Assembly: GCA_019058245.1 (NCBI GenBank)
Contig: JAHPZJ010000008.1
Coordinates: 1 to 64,000 of the forward strand
Length of the DNA: 64,000 nucleotides
Source: Promethearchaeota archaeon
GTDB lineage: Archaea > Asgardarchaeota > Lokiarchaeia > Sigyniarchaeales > SOKP01
Direction of reading: 5' to 3'
Shown: positions 1 through 9,084 of the stretch, in pieces
Position numbering within the stretch: position 1 is the first letter of the stretch
Layout of the letters: each line of letters starts with the position of its first letter
Program-made: the position numbers and the translations under genes
The notes under the pieces: model-generated
Seen by the model: the letters and a program-made list of their open reading frames with translations, nothing else
Database searches by the model: none
What the model was told of the DNA's origin: nothing

Positions 1-167
1 GCATCCCAAAAATCTGAGATCTGATTCACAGACCATCTATAAAGATCTTTTCCACCTTTAAGGTTTAAGTTATAATTCTTATTAACAAATTCAATAAAAT
101 GGGTTACTTCTGCATTCTTAATCCATTTATCAGAGGGTTCCCATAGTTTTTTTCTATTTCCACTCAT
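1..167 (-). CDS. Acetoacetate--CoA ligase (acetoacetyl-CoA synthetase), N-terminal part; runs off window start
   Basis: Manual translation MSGNRKKLWEPSDKWIKNAEVTHFIEFVNKNYNLNLKGGKDLYRWSVNQISDFWDA matches the LWxPS...DLYxWSV...DFW N-terminus of this family; alternative in-frame ATG at 176. Confidence 0.75.
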   Translation of the reverse strand, partial: MSGNRKKLWEPSDKWIKNAEVTHFIEFVNKNYNLNLKGGKDLYRWSVNQISDFWD

Positions 168-448
168 AATTTTCATTTTTTATAAATCTATTAAGAGTTA
201 TTAAAATTAAATTTAGAAATTTTAGTATGTAACAAGATAATACTATCATATAATAATCATTATGTTGAGAGTCGCACTTTTAGAACTATGATAATCTTAA
301 ATAAATCCTTAATAAATTACTATAAAATAATATACAGTAGAACAAGTTTAAAAAAAATAAGTCACATACTGGAGAAAGAATAGTAAAAAAATAAATTAAA
401 GAGATAATACTTCTAATTAACAAGATTTTTATATTAAATAAGAATAAT

Positions 449-649
449 TTGGTGCTGATTATAGAAGAAAAAGATGAAAAAAAATCTCAAAAAAAAGAGT
501 ATACAAGTGAAGAACTTAACAATATAATGATTGAAAGCATGATGGCTAAAGTAATTGAACCTGGTTGTTGTGAGGCAAGATATAACAGATTACAAAGAGA
601 ATCTGAAAAAATTTTAAAGAAGAGAAATAAAACTGAGAAAACTCCATAA
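449..649 (+). CDS. Small hypothetical protein (PGCC motif)
   Basis: 66-aa charged ORF; start uncertain (TTG 449, GTG 452, or ATA 461 behind GGTG). Confidence 0.55.
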   Translation: MVLIIEEKDEKKSQKKEYTSEELNNIMIESMMAKVIEPGCCEARYNRLQRESEKILKKRNKTEKTP

Positions 650-1076
650 TAAATCCTCTAATATTTTACATAAAGGAATATTGATGACAAGATAAAATAA
701 ATAAGAATACTTTTTAGACTATGGAAATCAGTATTTGAATTGAGATTTATTTAAATATCATCTCAAACATTAAATGATACTCCAGAATTATAAAGATTCG
801 ATTTGTGAGTTAATAGCTAAATTATAATATGATCCTAATAAAAAAGAATATATAAATTTGATTAATTTTAATCAAATGACTTAAGAAATAATTTAATAAA
901 TAATATGTTGAAATATATAATTAAATTAATAAAAGGATTCATTTTATTTAATGAATATATATAAATAAGCTTGATTATAACTTATTTTTTTTACTAATTT
1001 AGGCATGACTAAATTTAAATATAATATTGAATATTTATAATTAAGGAAAGAAAATCAGCTTATTTGGTGAAAAATT

Positions 1077-2003
1077 ATAAAAATATTAATATATGGAGCA
1101 GGAGTAATTGGTAATATTTTTACGTATAAACTTAAAAGCGGTGGAAATGATGTTTCTATTCTTGCGAGAGGAAAGCGTTTAGAGGATTTAAAAAAACATG
1201 GTCTTATTATTCAAGATGATATTTTTCATAAAGAATACAAAACGGATATCAAGGTTGTGGATAGTTTAAAAAAAGAAGATCTTTATGATATTATCTTAGT
1301 AATTATGCAGCGTCAACAAGTTAGTCAAATTCTACCTATTTTAAAGGAGAATATTAGTCCTATCATAATTTTTACTGGAAATAATCCTTCAGGAGCCACT
1401 GAATATTTAAACATTATTGATAAAAACAGAATTCTTCTTGGATTTGGGGGTCCTGGGGGTTATCGAGAAGACTATAAAATAATTGCAGCTTATGTAGACG
1501 ACGCAATTTTATATATTGGTGAACTTGATGGAAGAATAAGTGAACGATTAAAAAATATCGAACAGAATTTTACACAATCTGGAATTAAGGTTGATATCAG
1601 TAAAGATATCGATGCTTGGTTAAAGACTCATATGACCTTTATAAGTCCATTGGCAATGGCAGGTTATGCTGCAAAAAAACGAAATAAGACACTCGGGACA
1701 GATTTTGAACTAATTAATTTAGCTCTTAAAGGCATCAGAGAAAATGTGAAAGCATTAAAGGAGCTTAATATCCCTATTCTTCCAAAAAAATTTAAATTAT
1801 TTTCTTGGGTTCCCTTAGCTATATTCAGGAAAAAATTTCTGAACCTTATAAATTCTGAGTTTGGGAGGATTGCATTGTCAGGTCATGCTACTGCTGCGAA
1901 AAATGAAATGAAAAAACTTTCAGATGACCTTTTTGAAATAGTAAAAGATGTAAAAGCAGATTTAAGTAGCAATAAAAAGCTTTATGAATTAAGCTTTGCA
2001 TGA
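1077..2003 (+). CDS. Ketopantoate reductase (ApbA/PanE) family oxidoreductase
   Basis: Frame is open upstream of the track start (1257) and encodes the Rossmann motif KILIYGAGVIG...DVSILARGKR; GGTGA at 1066-1070 followed by ATA at 1077; in-frame TGA at 1068. Confidence 0.8.
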   Translation: MKILIYGAGVIGNIFTYKLKSGGNDVSILARGKRLEDLKKHGLIIQDDIFHKEYKTDIKVVDSLKKEDLYDIILVIMQRQQVSQILPILKENISPIIIFTGNNPSGATEYLNIIDKNRILLGFGGPGGYREDYKIIAAYVDDAILYIGELDGRISERLKNIEQNFTQSGIKVDISKDIDAWLKTHMTFISPLAMAGYAAKKRNKTLGTDFELINLALKGIRENVKALKELNIPILPKKFKLFSWVPLAIFRKKFLNLINSEFGRIALSGHATAAKNEMKKLSDDLFEIVKDVKADLSSNKKLYELSFA

Positions 2004-2160
2004 TATTTAAAAATTTTAGGAGTTTTAACTACTTTATTTCAAAAAATACGAATTTTAGGGTTGGTATTTACAAAAATTGGATTTCATTTTGTTTATATTC
2101 TATTAAGTATATTTGAAATGCAAAAATAACTATTAATTTTTAAAAGAAAAACGATGATTA

Positions 2161-2727
2161 ATGATGAGTAAAGTCTTAATTTTATATGGAACAAGGTATG
2201 GTACTACTAGAGGAATATCAAATAAAATTGAAGAAATAATCCAAGAAAAAGGGATAACAACAGAAAATTACAATTTAAAGGGATATAACTTGAAAGAAAT
2301 TCCTCCATTAGAAGAATATGATGGCATAGTAATAGGAACTGGTATAAAAATGAAAATGTGGACAAAAGTAGTTAAGAAATTCGTTCAAAAAAGAAAATTA
2401 GAACTGAAGAATATGCAAAATGCCTTAGCATTTTATGTTTGCTGTGGAGAAGCTACAGATAAAAATAACATACAGAAAGCGATTTTTGAATACATTACAC
2501 CAAAACTCCAAAAATTAGGATTAAATCCTATTTTAATAGATGCTTTTGGAGGTGCTTATGATTTAACAGAAGGGTCTGCAATATCTGGTATGACAAGAAA
2601 AATCGTTATAGGCATTCTTCAAAAAGAGGAAGGAATTGAAAATCCTGATGGTAAAATGCATGACTATAGAGATTGGGATCAGATTATAGATTTTGCTAAT
2701 AAATTCGTTGATTTATTGAAAAAATAA
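2161..2727 (+). CDS. Flavodoxin-domain protein (HemG-like, Flavodoxin_5)
   Basis: KVLILYGTRYGTT FMN-binding loop, YDGIVIG, C-terminal DYRDWDQI. Confidence 0.85.
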   Translation: MMSKVLILYGTRYGTTRGISNKIEEIIQEKGITTENYNLKGYNLKEIPPLEEYDGIVIGTGIKMKMWTKVVKKFVQKRKLELKNMQNALAFYVCCGEATDKNNIQKAIFEYITPKLQKLGLNPILIDAFGGAYDLTEGSAISGMTRKIVIGILQKEEGIENPDGKMHDYRDWDQIIDFANKFVDLLKK

Positions 2728-2909
2728 CAAATTTATTAATAAAATTATGCTTGAATTCGGTTATAAGAATAATGTATTTTATTAAACATTATTGTATTAT
2801 TACTAAAAGATAAAAAATATATAAATTAAGAAAAGAACAAAAAGAAGTATGAATTTTAATATTTTAGAACATTATTTAAATAAATACCTCTAAAAAGTAG
2901 TGAAAGAAA

Positions 2910-3206
2910 ATGAGTAATAATGGGGAAGAAAAAGAAAATTTCATAGATAAGTTGAATAAACAATTTACAGATTTCGTTGGAAATGTTTTTGGAGAATCTG
3001 GAAAAGATTTTATTGAAGAAACTTCTGAAAAAATAAAAGAGTTCAGTTCTGGCGCTATTGAAAAATTTATGGAATTCAGTGATGATGTAATTGAAAAACT
3101 TAATTTAAATGAAAATGAACAAGTAATTAAAGCTCGTGATAGCGTTGAAGATATGCTAAAACAAGCTGGACTCCTAAAAGAAGACGAGGAAGAAGAGGAC
3201 TTTTAA
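2910..3206 (+). CDS. Hypothetical acidic helical protein
   Basis: 98-aa ORF with ATG, amphipathic-helix pattern and acidic tail. Confidence 0.7.
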   Translation: MSNNGEEKENFIDKLNKQFTDFVGNVFGESGKDFIEETSEKIKEFSSGAIEKFMEFSDDVIEKLNLNENEQVIKARDSVEDMLKQAGLLKEDEEEEDF

Positions 3207-3284
3207 TCTATTATTTAAAATTTAGGATTTAAAATTTTATTATTTCTTTATTTATTTTGATTTTAAATATTTTTTTTTAAAAAA

Positions 3285-3527
3285 TTATAAAATTTTAGCA
3301 TTTTTTAAGAAGGATTTAATTTCTTCCTGAGTCGCATTAAATAATTCTGATATAACCATTAAGGAGGTTGCCTCATCCATCCCTAAACCTGTATAATCCT
3401 GATATAATTTTATCCAAGTTTCTTTTTGAGTATACTTATCTGGATGAGTAGTTTGAATATGTTGCCAATAGGGATGTTGTAACTCAATCCCACAATATGG
3501 GCAAAATCTGGATTCGTCTTCACTCAT
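3285..3527 (-). CDS. Small protein with C2H2-like zinc finger
   Basis: CPYC-x9-H-x4-H spacing followed by a helical segment. Confidence 0.7.
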   Translation of the reverse strand: MSEDESRFCPYCGIELQHPYWQHIQTTHPDKYTQKETWIKLYQDYTGLGMDEATSLMVISELFNATQEEIKSFLKNAKIL

Positions 3528-3656
3528 ATATTTAATCCCTTAACATTATATTTAGTTTATTTTTTTTCTGAATAATTGTAACAAACCAATGTTAATTTAA
3601 AAAACTTATAATTTCAAAGATTAAAAAAAAGTATTTAGAGATTTTTGTAAAAAATA

Positions 3657-4172
3657 TTACTCCCAATTATTTTTTAATTCTTCTGCTGTTATTTTTCTTA
3701 TTGTATCTACCGCCCAAACAACAAAGTGATAACATTTTTTTGCCCATGTTCCATTTTTTCGATATTCTATCATACCTTCAGGTTGACTAAAATCATAACC
3801 ACAGAGTTCTGCGCATATTACTGATCCAAATTTTTTTTCAAATTTATGTGCAAATATAGCTGCCTTCTTAGAAGCTACCATCGCAGTTTCATCATCCATT
3901 CTTTTATGACCTCCTAAAATAATACCTATTGCGGAACTCCCGCCAGATACAGGCCCACACGCTCCTTGCCATCCCTTTTTTGATTTATAACCTCCAAAAC
4001 CACCTGAAAGAGGAATCATAGCATTATGGAATAGGGGGTCATCAATTCCTAATACTTGAAGAACACTGGTTAATGTTAATTCGGCACAATTCACATTTTT
4101 TTCACGTGAAGGCAACGATTTTTCAAGTTCTTCAATTTTTTCATCAAATCTTTTATCAAGTTTTTGTTGCAT
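3657..4172 (-). CDS. C-GCAxxG-C-C family putative redox protein
   Basis: NCAE, GACGPVSGG, FGSVICAEL and KKC motifs. Confidence 0.85.
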   Translation of the reverse strand: MQQKLDKRFDEKIEELEKSLPSREKNVNCAELTLTSVLQVLGIDDPLFHNAMIPLSGGFGGYKSKKGWQGACGPVSGGSSAIGIILGGHKRMDDETAMVASKKAAIFAHKFEKKFGSVICAELCGYDFSQPEGMIEYRKNGTWAKKCYHFVVWAVDTIRKITAEELKNNWE

Positions 4173-4296
4173 TATTATACGCTAGTTTTTAATTATTCTT
4201 TTTAATAATATTAATTTATAGTCTAAAATTAAATATGAAAAAAGCTATTAATTTCTTAACAAAAATTTTAAGTATAATAATCATAATTCAATATTT

Positions 4297-4755
4297 TTGG
4301 ATTCAAATTTGAAGGAACTTTACGAGTTAGGTTTTGTTTTCCGTGGATTTGTTCTTGTCAATCATATCTTAAAAAAATTACCTGTGCAAAAAGAAAAAGG
4401 TGTAAATAAGGATCTTAGAGGTGCTTTCATCTCTGCTATTAATACATTTGCTGATACCGCTTTTAATAATAACTCCTTAGAATATCTAGAATCAGGAAAT
4501 ATATTATTTATTTTCAAGATATCAGAAGTCCAATCAGAAGATAATTTTATGAAAGAACCAATAATTTTATATGGATTAGTTGATAAATCCAAGAAGAAAT
4601 CTGATAAACTTGTAAAAAAATTTTTCGAACGTGTAGATCCTATGATACAATTATTTATCCAAAAATATAATTTAAAGGATTTTACTGAATTGAATCAATT
4701 TGAGACATTTAAAGACGTAATGGAAGATTTCTTTATAAAAAAGCCTCAAATATAA
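4297..4755 (+). CDS. Stand-alone longin-like domain protein
   Basis: beta-beta-alpha-beta-beta-beta-alpha pattern; DLRGAFISAINTFA helix typical of Asgard longin domains. Confidence 0.6.
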   Translation: MDSNLKELYELGFVFRGFVLVNHILKKLPVQKEKGVNKDLRGAFISAINTFADTAFNNNSLEYLESGNILFIFKISEVQSEDNFMKEPIILYGLVDKSKKKSDKLVKKFFERVDPMIQLFIQKYNLKDFTELNQFETFKDVMEDFFIKKPQI

Positions 4756-6429
4756 TTATTCGCCCAAACACCAGCCTTTCGGTTTGACACGAGAATATTG
4801 AATTTTACCCTGATCTTTTAATAAAGAAATTTCTTTTTCAATTTGAATATTAGAGAAACCTTTTGCTTTAATATCATTAACCAATTGGGCTTTTGTTGCC
4901 ACAACTTTTTGTTCCTTTAGATATGCTAGAATAACTTCCTCTAAAGATTCACTAACAACGGCTTTTTCTTTAGAAATTGGTTTTTTAGTTTCACTTTCAA
5001 GAGCAGCTCGTAATTTCTCTTTTTTAAGTTCAACGGGTTTTTCAATAACTAATGGTTGTACTTTAGGTTTTGATTTTTCCTCAATTAAAACTTCTGCTTT
5101 AACTTCTTCAGGCATCTCCTTTGAGATTTCTTCTTCAGGTAAACTCCATATAGGATAAGAAACTTTTTCATAAATAACTGATTTTTGTGTTTTAAGAAGT
5201 GCAAATTCATCCAAGATTTCATCCTCAGAATACCCTAAATCTTCTAAGTCTTTCATTAAATCTTTTAAATAACCTTTATCTTGTAAAATAGTATAGATAT
5301 GCTCTCTTAAATTAGAAGGGATGTCCTTGATCTTTGCTATTTCTGTAATTAAATCTCCTTTTTCGGTTTCTTGAATTTCAGGGACTTTAATTTCTTGAGG
5401 AATATCCAGTGATTCTTTCTGGCCCCATTCAAAATCTGTAACATTTCGAATTGTACGATCATATCCTCCAAATATAATCTGTTTTAAATTTTGCTGTTCT
5501 TCTATACGGTAACACACTTTTTTAATCGATGTTGAGACTTTAGTCTTCCATTTCAGCTCAAAATCCTGAGAATTCAAAGAAGGATTATGAAAGATTTTTA
5601 AAGATCCATCGGCGCATCCAACAACAATTTCTTTTGCATTATCACCATCAATATCTTCAATCAATAATGAAAGAGGACGTCCTTCATCTGTTTGAATCTC
5701 TTTAATCAGTTCTCCCTCACTACTTAGAATCTTTATATGTGGCTCATCTGTACTTATGATAATTTCATTGAATCCATCATTTGTAACATCTCCAACTTTA
5801 ATATCATTAACTTGAGAATTAAAATTTCTTTGCCAAATAATATCTGGCTTATTGTTTTGAAATTGAACCAATTGAACTAAACCATTTTTTGTGCCAACTA
5901 ATAACCCATTAATAGGATCTTCAATATCTGGTATTTTTAAAAAACTTAAAGTGCAAGTAGTAACCCAAGAATCATAATAAAGTACATACTTAGGTTCTAT
6001 AGCCTTTATATTATCAAATATTCTAAGTGTTTTATCTTCACTTCCAAAAATTAGTTCAATATTTCCATCTCGAGTGAAATCTCCCGCGGTACAACAGTTT
6101 ATCCTCTTAGAGGCTTTATATCGCATTAATCCGATAAATTTCTTGGTTTCTAGATTTATTTTTAAAACCATAAAATTTCCATCACCAGCCCCAACTAATA
6201 TTTCGTCACATCCATCTCCATCAACATCAATTGGATATGTACACCTACACCATCCATCAAAAGTTCTATCATCAACGATATTTATTGTTTCATCCATTAA
6301 ATAAAGAGTTTTATCATGTCCACCAAAAGCTAAGAATTGCGTACCATTTTTGCATTTTAAAATTGAACAAGTCAGTATCGCATCCGGACATTCAAACATC
6401 CAATTTAATTGATAACGTTTTCGTATCAT
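4756..6429 (-). CDS. FG-GAP/WD-type beta-propeller protein with charged linker and probable C-terminal winged helix
   Basis: Repeats DVDGDGCDEILVG, GDFTRDGNIELIFGSED, GDVTNDGFNEIII, DIDGDNAKEIVVG, FGGxDxT; no signal peptide; C-terminal helices plus GKIQYSRVKPKGW wing. Confidence 0.75.
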   Translation of the reverse strand: MIRKRYQLNWMFECPDAILTCSILKCKNGTQFLAFGGHDKTLYLMDETINIVDDRTFDGWCRCTYPIDVDGDGCDEILVGAGDGNFMVLKINLETKKFIGLMRYKASKRINCCTAGDFTRDGNIELIFGSEDKTLRIFDNIKAIEPKYVLYYDSWVTTCTLSFLKIPDIEDPINGLLVGTKNGLVQLVQFQNNKPDIIWQRNFNSQVNDIKVGDVTNDGFNEIIISTDEPHIKILSSEGELIKEIQTDEGRPLSLLIEDIDGDNAKEIVVGCADGSLKIFHNPSLNSQDFELKWKTKVSTSIKKVCYRIEEQQNLKQIIFGGYDRTIRNVTDFEWGQKESLDIPQEIKVPEIQETEKGDLITEIAKIKDIPSNLREHIYTILQDKGYLKDLMKDLEDLGYSEDEILDEFALLKTQKSVIYEKVSYPIWSLPEEEISKEMPEEVKAEVLIEEKSKPKVQPLVIEKPVELKKEKLRAALESETKKPISKEKAVVSESLEEVILAYLKEQKVVATKAQLVNDIKAKGFSNIQIEKEISLLKDQGKIQYSRVKPKGWCLGE

Positions 6430-6580
6430 TTTTTCTCAAGATTATTTATGATTATAGAAAATAATAACAGTAGATAAAATAAATTTCATTCTTTATTCAT
6501 TTAAAACTTATTATCCTAAGTTTATTAAGCTATTAGTGCAATATAAAAAAAAATAAAAAAATAAAAAATATTTTTTAAAT

Positions 6581-8734
6581 TTAAAGTGCTAATTGAGCAT
6601 CAGATGGACTATATGCTCCAGTACCAGTTATTTCATATGTGATTTCCAAACTTTCTCCTGCTTCTAAAACTTCAATATCCCATTTCAATGTATCTTGTCC
6701 AACTTCGTCTGTGATTTCAGGGGTTGTTGAATAATTCCCATATTCAAATGAATCGGGAACTTTATCAAGTAAAACAAGTTTAGTTAATTTAGATTCACCA
6801 ATGTTTTCAACTGTTAATATAATTCTGTAATTTCCAAGATCTCCAAATGCTTGTACTTCCTTTCCAATTCTGAATTTCCGTCTGATGTGCATTGCCTCAA
6901 TTACAGGAACTTCAGGTTTAAACTCCAATTCTTGACTTACTGGAAAAGTGTTAGCAAGATATGTAATTTCAGATTCAAAAGTAGATTCACGGGCAGGATT
7001 TACACAATGAATAGGATATTCAAATTCCATAGTAGATTCTGGCATAAACATACCAGAACTACTATCTTTTAAGTCTTTAAGATCAATATTGAATACATTG
7101 TTATCAACACTGACAGCAGCAGCCGATACTTCAATTTCTTCTCCATCCCATGTTAATTTTATCTCATCAGCTTTAGGTGGTTGATACTCATCAGAGAACT
7201 TTTCTTGTATAACTGAAACCTCGTTCAAAGGTGCTGAACCATTATTAACAATCTTAAGTGTAGCCATAACATCTTTAGTTCTAAAAGTAGGAACTTCTAT
7301 TATATCATATGACATTACACCAGTGATACTACCAATTTCTAAAATAACATCTGAAAGAACAGCTGTTCCATTTACAATAGTTTGAAAATCAGGCATTACT
7401 CTAAATTCTAATTTCTTCCTGAATGTAGGATATTCCTCACTCTCATATTCCCATTTTCTTGAGTGCCATTGAGCTCCGCTTGGTAAAAGAGGTACATCAT
7501 TTGGATCAATATCTACAAATTTATTTGATTCATCTTCAGGAGCATATACATCAGCATTGAATAATTGAATAATAAATTCTGAAGAATTATCAAATACAAG
7601 TTTGCAGTCAAACATACCTGGTTCTTCGTCTCTTTCAACTGTATCAACATAAAATTTATTTCTTGTATATGCATCAAATTTCCCAATATCTAAACCTTCA
7701 GCAAAAGAAGACGCACTCTGGTAGGTCATTTCTATTGTTCCTGTTCTTCTTTTAGTAATGTCTGTAACCGTAATGTTACATGTAAATTTCAACATCACTG
7801 TATACTCCGGAGCTAACTTATCAATTGTCCAAACTATTTGATTTCCTTCAATATTAGCTCTTCCTTCAGTTGTATCTAAAATTCGGGGATTTGTGAAATC
7901 ACTTGGAATATTTTTTACTACTTTAATATTAGAAACTGGTTTATCAAACATACTTCTAAGAGCAATAGCAAAATGAACAACATTTTCTTTATCTATAGAG
8001 ATTCCGAAAGATTCCATACTTGATTCAGCAAGAGTTCCACCATCTCCCCACGTTTCACCCTCATTCTCCTCCTCATTCTCCTCCTCATCCTCGTCTTCTT
8101 TAACTTTAGGCTCTTTTTTGTTGGATTTACCAGAAACTCCACTTTTCTTATCCTTTAATTTTAATAATTCTTTTTCAATATCATTTATATTTAAAACATC
8201 ATCAGCGTTTGGATTAGTATTGATAAATTCCTTAACAAGAAATAAGTTTTTTATATCCTTTTTGATTTTAAAGTTCCTTGAATCAACATTTTCAGGATCT
8301 TCGGTGCCCAATTCTCTTATTGAAATGTCTTTTGATTTTAAATCAGTGCTTCCAATATTTTCAAGTGAAACGTCAATGTCCCATAATCTATCTACTTTAC
8401 TTGGATTTTCTATATTAAATTTTCCGCTATGAGTAAAAGATTCAACATTTGCATCATGATCTTGTTTTACATCTACTTCTTCTATTATTTTCACTAATGC
8501 TAATAATCCTTCTCTATTGCCATCTTTTAAAACAATACTTCCCTCGAGTTCCCCTGTATCCTTATCGTATGTCTCTATGACAGGAGTCGATGTATCTCGA
8601 TCCAGTAGTTCAACACGACCTGTATCCATGTCCTTTCTTTTTAATGCATCTGCAATAAGTTCTTCATCAGCCTCAGTTTTATCAAAGCCCATTTGCGATC
8701 TTGATTCAGGCTTTTTCTTATCTTTTCTAGCCAT
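6581..8734 (-). CDS. Cytoplasmic multi-Ig beta-sandwich protein with putative mu-homology (adaptin-mu/delta-COP/muniscin-like) domain
   Basis: 717 aa, beta-strand rich, acidic insert, no signal peptide or TM; GGTGA SD 11 nt before ATG; motif order resembles the MHD. The CDS is secure, the function is tentative. Confidence 0.55.
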   Translation of the reverse strand: MARKDKKKPESRSQMGFDKTEADEELIADALKRKDMDTGRVELLDRDTSTPVIETYDKDTGELEGSIVLKDGNREGLLALVKIIEEVDVKQDHDANVESFTHSGKFNIENPSKVDRLWDIDVSLENIGSTDLKSKDISIRELGTEDPENVDSRNFKIKKDIKNLFLVKEFINTNPNADDVLNINDIEKELLKLKDKKSGVSGKSNKKEPKVKEDEDEEENEEENEGETWGDGGTLAESSMESFGISIDKENVVHFAIALRSMFDKPVSNIKVVKNIPSDFTNPRILDTTEGRANIEGNQIVWTIDKLAPEYTVMLKFTCNITVTDITKRRTGTIEMTYQSASSFAEGLDIGKFDAYTRNKFYVDTVERDEEPGMFDCKLVFDNSSEFIIQLFNADVYAPEDESNKFVDIDPNDVPLLPSGAQWHSRKWEYESEEYPTFRKKLEFRVMPDFQTIVNGTAVLSDVILEIGSITGVMSYDIIEVPTFRTKDVMATLKIVNNGSAPLNEVSVIQEKFSDEYQPPKADEIKLTWDGEEIEVSAAAVSVDNNVFNIDLKDLKDSSSGMFMPESTMEFEYPIHCVNPARESTFESEITYLANTFPVSQELEFKPEVPVIEAMHIRRKFRIGKEVQAFGDLGNYRIILTVENIGESKLTKLVLLDKVPDSFEYGNYSTTPEITDEVGQDTLKWDIEVLEAGESLEITYEITGTGAYSPSDAQLAL

Positions 8735-8904
8735 TAGTTTTCACCTAGCCTTTATACCATATTAAATTGAAAATTATTTACCAATTAATATAAATTAATC
8801 GATAAAATAAAATTATCATCAAAATATAAAAAATTTATTAATCTAAGGTATAAGAGTTGTCTTGATTTTAAATGAAATCATATTTGTTCTTTCAAAAATT
8901 TTTA

Positions 8905-9054
8905 TCATAATTTTTTAAATGAAAGATTATAAGTATTAGGGTCTCCAAATTTATGATTACACATAGGACATTTAATTGTAAGAGCTCTTTTTTTTATATC
9001 CAACTTAAAGCTAAAACCACAAACAGGACAAACTATTATATCACTTTTTTTCAT
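8905..9054 (-). CDS. Small zinc-ribbon protein (49 aa, not in ORF track)
   Basis: Manual translation MKKSDIIVCPVCGFSFKLDIKKRALTIKCPMCNHKFGDPNTYNLSFKKL; two CPxC motifs. Confidence 0.75.
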   Translation of the reverse strand: MKKSDIIVCPVCGFSFKLDIKKRALTIKCPMCNHKFGDPNTYNLSFKKL

Positions 9055-9084
9055 TATATTTATTAAGAATCTTATTAAATCAAA

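Noticed and set aside
720-790. Imperfect inverted repeat (TTGAGAT...ATCTCAA)
   Set aside because: Short arms are expected by chance in very AT-rich DNA
1068-1070. In-frame TGA as possible selenocysteine codon
   Set aside because: It lies before the family N-terminus and is part of the GGTGA SD; no internal TGA at a Cys-equivalent position was noticed in any gene
8061-8100. 12-nt tandem repeat TCATTCTCCTCC
   Set aside because: Simply encodes the EEENEEENE acidic loop
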